Below the pieces are notes generated by a model that was not told where the DNA came from, did no database searches, and saw only the letters and a list, made by a program, of their open reading frames with translations. From a virus: 64,000 nt of DNA. The stretch is from positions 23,352-87,351 of the IMG/VR virus record IMGVR_UViG_3300047323_000138. One strand, 5' to 3'. This document shows, in pieces, positions 1 through 7,091 of this stretch (the stretch's first letter is position 1; each line of letters starts with the position of its first letter). The translations under genes were made by a program, and so were the position numbers.

Positions 1-533
1 TCTTTGGTCTTGTGATAACTAACGCCACGGTACTTTGATGTTGTATCACTTTGTTTTCTTTTATTTCTAAGATTAACTTTCCGAGTTACCCACCGGCAAT
101 TTTCTTTGCAGTAATTACCTTCGTTGTCTTCTCTATCTAAGTCATAACCTTTTATATAGGTTGGGGACATATCTTCAATAAATTGTTTTGGAGTTAAAAG
201 CCACTCATCACAAACACCAATTCCACGACCACCATAGTTATGGAAATCGGGATATTCTGGATTAGTGCAGCGCTTAACCATATCTACCCAAGCTTGGTAA
301 ATAACATCTTTTGACAGTCCGTGTGTTGTTAACCTTTCAGCAGATACTTTGTTTCGGTGGCATCCACAGGAGACTGTGCTTCCCTTCTTAATATCTTGAA
401 GGTTTGGGGATGTTTCCTTACCGCAATCACATAGGCATACGGCCACTTTCTTCCGGTATGTACCAAAATCTTTTGTGTAAATTTCTTGGATAGTAAGATA
501 ATTTACTTTATCACCAACTTCAAATGTACTCAT
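1..533 (-). CDS. HNH homing endonuclease (YGGRGI type), 3'-partial at window edge
   Basis: Not in ORF track. Manual translation MSTFEVGDKV...VAVCLCDCG...VSCGC...THGLSK...AWVDMVKRC...HNYGGRGIGVCDEW...DLDREDNEGNYCKENCRW; SD GGAG at 544-541. Confidence 0.9.
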   Translation of the reverse strand, partial: MSTFEVGDKVNYLTIQEIYTKDFGTYRKKVAVCLCDCGKETSPNLQDIKKGSTVSCGCHRNKVSAERLTTHGLSKDVIYQAWVDMVKRCTNPEYPDFHNYGGRGIGVCDEWLLTPKQFIEDMSPTYIKGYDLDREDNEGNYCKENCRWVTRKVNLRNKRKQSDTTSKYRGVSYHKTK

Positions 534-542
534 TTTTAATCT

Positions 543-613
543 CCGTTCAGATTGAATAGGCGGTGACTATCTAGCGAACGGGCTAGAGGGAGTTGCAATC
601 TCTTTTCATCACC
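543..613 (-). promoter_or_regulatory. Structured 5' leader RNA whose hairpin loop is complementary to the HNH gene RBS
   Basis: Closing stem GGUGAU/GUCACC; hairpins GAG-AUUGCAA-CUC and UCUAGC-CCGUUC-GCUAGA; loop CCGUUC complements GAACGG (548-543) overlapping the SD. Confidence 0.55.
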
Positions 614-623
614 ATGAAACATT

Positions 624-2051
624 TTAAAAATTAAACTCATTCATCTTACCGAGTGCCGGTATTGAGAATGTCGGAATATTCAGTTTTTGTGCAAGTGTGA
701 TAAATGCATCACTCGTAGCATCGACCTGATCATCCTTGTTATTTCTGGAGCCATCAAAGCCTTCCAACTCACTAAAATAGTCTTTATTCCACTCTGCGTC
801 AACATAATCAACTAGCCCTGCCTCAGCAGCAGCAGCAAATGGTTGAAATCTCACCGTTTTGCTCTTATTCGTTGGACGCATTCTTGCGTGGAAACCTTCA
901 GCTAGAAGGTCTTTAATCATCATTTGACCAGCAGCTTTACCGGCTTGACCGGGCTCCTGCGGGAGTAGGATGTTTGTCCCTTCAGGATCATTAACAGCAC
1001 ACTCAATAATCTTCTGCATTACTTCGCCGTAACGTGCTCTAAAACGAATAACATCTACAACAATATAGTGTAAAGATTTTGTCTTTGCCATTAGGACACC
1101 AACAGTCCAGTCAGGATTTGGATTCAAGTCACTAGGAAGTGTTCCTGCAATATCCCATGCTCTGCAATATGAAATAATGTTTTGTTCAAACATCTTCACA
1201 GGTTGCATCCAATCTTTTTTCAGCATGCCCGACCCGGAAGGCCGTACAAACCAGTTGCCGTAGAGGTAGCGTTGCACATCTACAAACGGCTTGGCTTTAA
1301 GTGTGGAGATGTAGCCCCTGTCATTCGCAAGAAGTACAGGGTTGTCATAGCAGGTTGCACTAATGAAAGTAAAAGTTTTAATACCACTCTCTTCACCTTC
1401 ACCATATATATCTTCTAATTCTTTTCTATCATCTGCCCAAATGTACTTACCGTCTTCAACTACATAGTAGCGAATTTGCCCATCTTTCGACTGATCAGGT
1501 GTACCATCTTCTTGTAGATAAGGTCGAATCCAATCTAGGGCAAACCAATCTGGATCAGGGTTGCACGTAAGCACCATCTGTTTCTTGTGCTTAGCTCTTG
1601 CAGAACGAATACGAAGTCCAAGATACTCAATACAAACTTGAGAGAAATGTGTGGCCTCGTCAAATAACACAAAAGTATATTGAGCGCCTTGGTGCTGGAA
1701 CCGATTTTGGTCGTGTTCCATGTGGGAGAACTTAATACTACCGCCTGATGGAAATGTAATCTTCAGGTGTTTTTGATTAACTTTAATGTTCTCTTTACCA
1801 AAAACATAGGCATAAAGTTCACAAGCTGTTTCCCACAGACCACCTTGAGCTGTAAGTTCGCCTGTGGTCTTACGAAAGATAACCCCACGCAGATATGGAT
1901 CTGATGCGAACTTAAGAGGATAAAGCAAACTTACGTAACTTTTTCCGGAGCCCATAGCTCCCCCTACAATAGCCGTGTCAGCCGACTGATGCAGGATGAG
2001 GTTTTGCTTAGGACTACTTGGCCCAATAGGAGTTTGTTCTAAATCGTCCAT
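624..2051 (-). CDS. terL: Terminase large subunit
   Basis: Walker A GGAMGSGKS, Walker B FVLFDEA, TCNP motif, nuclease motifs RAWDIA and DDQVDA. Confidence 0.95.
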   Translation of the reverse strand: MDDLEQTPIGPSSPKQNLILHQSADTAIVGGAMGSGKSYVSLLYPLKFASDPYLRGVIFRKTTGELTAQGGLWETACELYAYVFGKENIKVNQKHLKITFPSGGSIKFSHMEHDQNRFQHQGAQYTFVLFDEATHFSQVCIEYLGLRIRSARAKHKKQMVLTCNPDPDWFALDWIRPYLQEDGTPDQSKDGQIRYYVVEDGKYIWADDRKELEDIYGEGEESGIKTFTFISATCYDNPVLLANDRGYISTLKAKPFVDVQRYLYGNWFVRPSGSGMLKKDWMQPVKMFEQNIISYCRAWDIAGTLPSDLNPNPDWTVGVLMAKTKSLHYIVVDVIRFRARYGEVMQKIIECAVNDPEGTNILLPQEPGQAGKAAGQMMIKDLLAEGFHARMRPTNKSKTVRFQPFAAAAEAGLVDYVDAEWNKDYFSELEGFDGSRNNKDDQVDATSDAFITLAQKLNIPTFSIPALGKMNEFNF

Positions 2052-2099
2052 CTATAGTCCTTTAGAAAATTAGCTTCCTCTTCTAAAGGAATGCATTAC

Positions 2100-2438
2100 T
2101 TAAACTTTATTATTAACTTCCAAGAAATCTCGTATCATTTGATTTTTATCTCTTCCTGTAATCCCACGAGTGGCTACAATTGGACGTAGATCTTCAATAC
2201 GCATTTCTTGCAAGACTTCCTTAGTCCACTCCTCCCTAACAATCACAACCTCAACACTAGGCTCTGACTTAAGAAACTCTTCAGTCTCAATATTCATCAC
2301 ACATGCATGAGGGTAGTCATTAAAGAATCGCTCTTTCTTGTCCAACACACCACCCTTCACAGAGTATTTAATGATGTTGTCAATAAAGTTATGACCGTAG
2401 TAGTCTTGGCTTGTAATAAGCAATTTATATTTGTTCAA
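2100..2438 (-). CDS. Hypothetical protein with C-terminal Rho-N/HeH-like segment
   Basis: SD GGAG; C-terminus WTKEVLQEMRIEDLRPIVATRGITGRDKNQMI fits a helix-extended-helix pattern. Confidence 0.6.
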   Translation of the reverse strand: MNKYKLLITSQDYYGHNFIDNIIKYSVKGGVLDKKERFFNDYPHACVMNIETEEFLKSEPSVEVVIVREEWTKEVLQEMRIEDLRPIVATRGITGRDKNQMIRDFLEVNNKV

Positions 2439-2573
2439 TTCTTCTCTCCGTTGTTTCTTTCTTTGATATTGGAGATTCTACAGACTTTATATCTGGAAGT
2501 CAAGCTTTTGGAATATTTATTTCAATTATTTTAATAACAAGCACTCGATTAAGAATGCTTGCGATAAAACAAC

Positions 2574-2918
2574 TTAACCGCCAGTAGAAGTTTCACCAAT
2601 AACAGTGACTTGTATAACGGTGCCGTCTGGAACAGTCCTTGTGGTCGCACCAAGAGCTAGCAAGTTAGCACCTCTAAGTCCGTACCCACTAGCACCGGTA
2701 GTAGTTGGTGCAGTACTCAATGTAGCCCAAGCTCTATCATAAACGTTAGCTGAGGATAGAATTGCTGTAGCTTGTACAACAGGAGCACTAATAAAGCCTG
2801 CTGCTGTGTAGTCTACGCTCCAAGCACCACCAGAAGTTGTAGTTGTTCCAATCCAAACCACAGGACCGTTCATAATCCCATTAGAATTATAGCCCCAAAC
2901 AGCAACATGATCAGTCAT
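2574..2918 (-). CDS. Putative virion structural/fibre-associated protein
   Basis: G/T/A-rich beta-type sequence, abuts the fibre gene stop. Confidence 0.6.
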   Translation of the reverse strand: MTDHVAVWGYNSNGIMNGPVVWIGTTTTSGGAWSVDYTAAGFISAPVVQATAILSSANVYDRAWATLSTAPTTTGASGYGLRGANLLALGATTRTVPDGTVIQVTVIGETSTGG

Positions 2919-2919
2919 C

Positions 2920-5130
2920 TTAAATTACCCTGTAAGTGAAGGTGAATACATGGTCACGAGCAGCGTTGGATCCAGCTTGGAACTCCATCAATGCCCTATC
3001 AGTTGTTGTATTGGCAGAGAGGGCACCAGATTGTGTAGTTTGCCCACAAGAGCTAACACCAACCAAATCACCGATAGCTCCAAGGTTGGATGTAACAGGA
3101 AGGGTCATTTCTATCGCTGTAGCACTGCCGTTGGTTGTTGGGTCAATGTTGATACGACCACTCACAGTAACCATTGTACCAATTTGAGTGAACATACACA
3201 CAGCGGCTGTCACAGCTTGGATGTTGCTAATGTTTGTGATTGTTGGTGTATATGTACTGGAAGTAATCCCAAGGTTTGTACGTGCATTTGCTGCTGTACT
3301 GGCTCCAGTGCCACCATCTGCTATATCTAGGTCAGTGATACCAGTAATGCTACCACCTGTAATGGTAACGCTATTACCGTTCTGTACAGCCATTGTACCA
3401 AGACCTAGTGTAGTCCTAGCAGATGGTGCATCCACATCATCAATCAAGCTACGACCATAAGTGGTCAGAGATGTTTCACCGTAAGCATCTACACCAGCAG
3501 AGTAGAACAATCTATCAGCCACAGTACCGAAGGTAGAGAACTGTTGTAGTGTATTATCCCAAGCCTGAACATCTGTACCAATAACCAATCCAAGATTGCT
3601 TCTAGCTGCGCTAGCAGTTGAAGCCCCTGTCCCGCCATCAGCTACAGTAATATCAGTGATGCCTGTTACAGAGCCACCAGTAATACTTACGCTGTTGCTA
3701 TTCTGAGTAGCGATAGTACCCAAGCCAAGATTAGTGCGTGCAGTAGGAGCATCACTTGCCCCAGTACCACCATCGGCAATAGTAATATCCGTAATCCCTA
3801 CGACACTACCACCTGTGATAGCCACATTAGCAGCATTCTGCAATGCCATGTCACCAAGGCCCAATGTTGCACGAGTAGTGGCAGCAGAAGTGTCATCTAG
3901 GATTGTACGTGCAAAAGGAGTGAGGACTGTTTGAGCAAAGGTATCTACACCAGTGCTATAGGTCAGTCCATCAGAGGCTGTAACTTGAGCAGCTAGAGCC
4001 GTCAGTGTAGCATCAACTGGTTGAGCACCGATAGAGGTAGTTGTGATAACCACATCACCCGTACCGCCATTGATTGTATTTACTACGTCTTGAATGGCAC
4101 TTTTACTGAGCTTATTAGGGCTCAAAAGCGTTTCTAGTTTAGTTTTGATATCTGTGGCAGAGTAGACACGATCAGTGATTACATCGTCGAAAACACCGCG
4201 TTGAATCATACTAGCGAAGTATGCACTTCCAGCCGGACTACCTTTCAAAGCTACGACATCAGCTCTAATTTCAAATTGAAGTTCAACACCCGCTGATAGG
4301 ATTACAGGGCTGTCTGTGAAATCGAATGTGTTATCACCCAACACCCAAGTAAGCCCATCAGTATCCTTCTCGAATGAGGTCTTGTTTGGGATGTATTTTA
4401 AAGCAACGCCATTACTGGTTTGACTAACTTTAATCCTGACATTAGTCATTGGAGCATAAGTGCGGAACTTAATAGCGTTGGTTCTGGCATTGTTCTGCAC
4501 AACGTACAAGAATGTCAGCGGATTGTCTGGGAGATTTGTACTGTCAATAGGCTGAGCACCAAATTCAAATTCAGGCTCAATCAAATGAAATACAGTAGGT
4601 TCAGAAGATGCAGCAGTACGTGGAGTATAGAAGTCCACAATCGTGTACTGACGATCATTAAGAAGGTTGGATATACCGAGGAAACCAGCTACTTCAGACA
4701 GCTTCAGAACATCGCCGAAGGTAACGGAGCCGCTCTCCACGCCGAAGCCGGGCGGGGCTAGAATTGTACCGTCTTCCAGTACTCGCATCCCGGAGCCAGA
4801 GAAAGTACCGTCAATAAGCTTATATGGAATCTCACCAATGGGCACTCCCGCTAAGGAGACTACTTCACCATTTGGACCTTGAACAACAGGAGTAATGTCT
4901 ACCCATTGTCCGGCAATACGTTGCATGAAGGCAGAGGTTAGCACTACATCCGTATAGATCAACCTACCCAGAAGATCGCTGTTACCATCATAAATGGCTA
5001 AGTTGGAAGGGTTGCTAGCAAAGTAGCTATCTCGTGCAGCTTCTGCTGCTGTCCTATCAGCACCCATGAAGTCATGAGTCTGTGGACCCATACGAAGGGA
5101 TCTATTAATTCTGGAATCTGTTGCACTCAT
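2920..5130 (-). CDS. Fibre-like virion protein with internal repeats
   Basis: 736 aa; three ITGGS..GITD...ADGGTGAS.A..AR.NLG repeats typical of phage fibre shafts; SD AAGGAG. Confidence 0.75.
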   Translation of the reverse strand: MSATDSRINRSLRMGPQTHDFMGADRTAAEAARDSYFASNPSNLAIYDGNSDLLGRLIYTDVVLTSAFMQRIAGQWVDITPVVQGPNGEVVSLAGVPIGEIPYKLIDGTFSGSGMRVLEDGTILAPPGFGVESGSVTFGDVLKLSEVAGFLGISNLLNDRQYTIVDFYTPRTAASSEPTVFHLIEPEFEFGAQPIDSTNLPDNPLTFLYVVQNNARTNAIKFRTYAPMTNVRIKVSQTSNGVALKYIPNKTSFEKDTDGLTWVLGDNTFDFTDSPVILSAGVELQFEIRADVVALKGSPAGSAYFASMIQRGVFDDVITDRVYSATDIKTKLETLLSPNKLSKSAIQDVVNTINGGTGDVVITTTSIGAQPVDATLTALAAQVTASDGLTYSTGVDTFAQTVLTPFARTILDDTSAATTRATLGLGDMALQNAANVAITGGSVVGITDITIADGGTGASDAPTARTNLGLGTIATQNSNSVSITGGSVTGITDITVADGGTGASTASAARSNLGLVIGTDVQAWDNTLQQFSTFGTVADRLFYSAGVDAYGETSLTTYGRSLIDDVDAPSARTTLGLGTMAVQNGNSVTITGGSITGITDLDIADGGTGASTAANARTNLGITSSTYTPTITNISNIQAVTAAVCMFTQIGTMVTVSGRINIDPTTNGSATAIEMTLPVTSNLGAIGDLVGVSSCGQTTQSGALSANTTTDRALMEFQAGSNAARDHVFTFTYRVI

Positions 5131-5141
5131 TTAATATCTCC

Positions 5142-5417
5142 TTATACAAGTTGTTGTACGGAGACGTGAGTGTTACCAACTTTAATTGCTTTCCCCCAAA
5201 CAATATCTGTTTCGTTTTCGATATACAGGTATTTCAAAGGTTCAATTACTTGACCGTTTTCAGAAGATGCTGCTGGGAGGGATGCTGCAATAATAATACG
5301 TACAGGCTCACTACCCTTGTTCTGAATAGAAAGAGGAGTGCCAGTGATTAATGAGGTCGCGAGGTTAAGATTCTGGTATGCTGCACCAGTTAGAATTACA
5401 TCTGGCAATGATGCCAT
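5142..5417 (-). CDS. Putative small virion protein
   Basis: SD AGGGAG; co-oriented with the fibre gene. Confidence 0.6.
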   Translation of the reverse strand: MASLPDVILTGAAYQNLNLATSLITGTPLSIQNKGSEPVRIIIAASLPAASSENGQVIEPLKYLYIENETDIVWGKAIKVGNTHVSVQQLV

Positions 5418-5548
5418 ATTATTCTCCCTTCAGAGATGGTGGTTCTTATGAACCGACCTTATTGTTATTGTTACAAAGGGGAATATACACTGCAATTACA
5501 AAGCTATAATCACTCTATAATTGTATATAAAAGGTGTTGAAAGCCACG

Positions 5549-5691
5549 GCTGCCTGCTAATCAACTTGAGAGAACAAAGGTTTTTCTCTCCTCACCACAC
5601 TTGGTTGCATTACGAGGAACCACTCCGTCCAGTTCTTAAGCTGGCTAAGATTTGTGAGTCGCCAGACTCACGGGTTTCCGAACTAGGCAGC
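5549..5691 (-). ncRNA. Unclassified multi-stem structured RNA
   Basis: Closing stem GCUGCCU/AGGCAGC enclosing 3-4 hairpins, with two possible loop-tail pseudoknots; intergenic. Confidence 0.55.
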
Positions 5692-5704
5692 TCAGAAATT
5701 CTTT

Positions 5705-6109
5705 TTATTCGTCTTCATCAGGTTCAACGAACACCAACGACAAACGAGGTTTCATCTCGGACTTAATCTGTTCCGGGGTTTGTTCTTCCTCTTCAGGATC
5801 ACGCTTCCCTTCAGCACGGGCTTTGAAGTTTGTAATCTCATCGCTGCTAGCTGCTTTTTCAACGCTAACAATCGAGTTGATCACCCACTTTGCACTTGCA
5901 ACGGATTCAGAGTTAACAGTTTCGTTGTTAAGACTCTTATCAATCAAAGCTAGAGCAATATCTTCTCGTGTACGAAGCTTATCAGCCAACTCACGAAGTT
6001 TACTCTTTTTGATACGAACCTTACTATTTCCTTTCAAGTTTTGATTAGAGCGTTCCGCCCCGAATCGTGTACTTGGGCTAGGGTTTGGATTTGTAATCTT
6101 CTTGGTCAT
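5705..6109 (-). CDS. Putative terminase small subunit
   Basis: 134 aa upstream of terL; N-terminal TRF...N.KG..K pattern and helical core; assignment mainly by synteny. Confidence 0.55.
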   Translation of the reverse strand: MTKKITNPNPSPSTRFGAERSNQNLKGNSKVRIKKSKLRELADKLRTREDIALALIDKSLNNETVNSESVASAKWVINSIVSVEKAASSDEITNFKARAEGKRDPEEEEQTPEQIKSEMKPRLSLVFVEPDEDE

Positions 6110-6798
6110 ACTAGTTCCTTATACTTCTGATGGAATATTTTACGGGCTTGGATATCTTTAATACCAAGCTCTCTTTGAATTTGGATTATTTTATAACCTT
6201 TCTCAGCCAACTCACGTCCAAGTCTGTATCCTTTGCGAGTTAGAAATCCAAAGTGAGTTATCTTATCCAAATCTCTCCAATCAAAAGGTAGTACATCTGT
6301 ATGGACCGAGTAGTTGTCACCGTTAATTACTTTCTCAACAGCCCAGCGACCACAATCAAAGTATTTACTCAGTGCTTTCACATCTAGACGTTCTTCTCTA
6401 AATTCAGTTCGAATAAAGTAAACATCATCTTCCGTGAATAAAGCAGTTGCATTATTTTCACCTTGTTGACCAAACAACCACCTATCACGAGTGCCGTGCT
6501 TTACAGAATCAGCTTGATTCTCTTTGTGAGTGCCGGTTGCAAGATGCAGAGGGTTGTTGCACAGGCTGTTACCACACAAGTGGCGGACAACTAGTTCGTC
6601 TGGAACTTCACCTACGAACAACGTATAGAAAAGTCGATGTGTATGCCAATTTTTATTGTCGTGTTTTTGTTGACCATAACCATCACCTTGCTTGAAGATG
6701 CTTTTACGCCACAACCAACAGCCTTGATGATTCTCAATAACATTTTCCATCAAATGAATCTTTAATTCTTCAATACTTCTTGAGTTTGGACCGGCCAT
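6106..6798 (-). CDS. HNH homing endonuclease (HNH_3 type)
   Basis: GCWLW...THRLFY...VVRHLCGNSLCNNPLHLATGTHKEN. Confidence 0.9.
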   Translation of the reverse strand: MAGPNSRSIEELKIHLMENVIENHQGCWLWRKSIFKQGDGYGQQKHDNKNWHTHRLFYTLFVGEVPDELVVRHLCGNSLCNNPLHLATGTHKENQADSVKHGTRDRWLFGQQGENNATALFTEDDVYFIRTEFREERLDVKALSKYFDCGRWAVEKVINGDNYSVHTDVLPFDWRDLDKITHFGFLTRKGYRLGRELAEKGYKIIQIQRELGIKDIQARKIFHQKYKELV

Positions 6799-6804
6799 TT
6801 TAAA

Positions 6805-6893
6805 ACCCTTTTAGTCAAGTCACCGAATGTCGCAACGGGGACAATGTAACAAACCCACAAAAGGAGACTTGCTGAAAAGGTCTTACCGTTACG
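6805..6893 (-). promoter_or_regulatory. Structured leader able to occlude the HNH RBS
   Basis: Stem CGUAACGG/CCGUUGCG; internal ACCUUUUCAGCAAGUC (6881-6866) complements GACUUGACUAAAAGGGU (6821-6805), which contains the SD. Confidence 0.55.
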
Positions 6894-6949
6894 TTGTTTT
6901 TAAAGGTAGTTGCGCTACCTGATACACAATATCATACACTTAAAACTCA

Positions 6950-6966
6950 GGGCACATTGCGTGCCC
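6950..6966 (-). terminator. Possible terminator hairpin
   Basis: GGGCAC-N5-GTGCCC followed on minus strand by UGAGUUUU. Confidence 0.4.
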
Positions 6967-6987
6967 GTTGTCTTATTCAACCACAAA

Positions 6988-7062
6988 TTACTTTCTATTC
7001 GAACGTGGTCCATCAAACCTAGTATCAGGTGATGGGTTCGGATTTGTAATTTTCTTAGCCAT
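6988..7062 (-). pseudogene. 24-aa remnant duplicating the N-terminus of the putative TerS
   Basis: MAKKITNPNPSPDTRFDGPRSNRK* vs MTKKITNPNPSPSTRFGAERSNQ at 6109. Confidence 0.85.
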
Positions 7063-7091
7063 TTTAGTACCTTACATTAAAGCAGCTTGAA

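Noticed and set aside
5549-5691. Pistol or HDV-like (theta) ribozyme
   Set aside because: Hairpin-AAAU-pseudoknot and UUCCUCGU resemble parts of these, but the required P2/P3 (pistol) or P1/P1.1 (HDV) pairings could not be built
5713-5722. Other CTGATGA heptamers as hammerheads (also near 28997, 37786, 40570)
   Set aside because: Inside coding sequence and lacking properly spaced GAAA and stems
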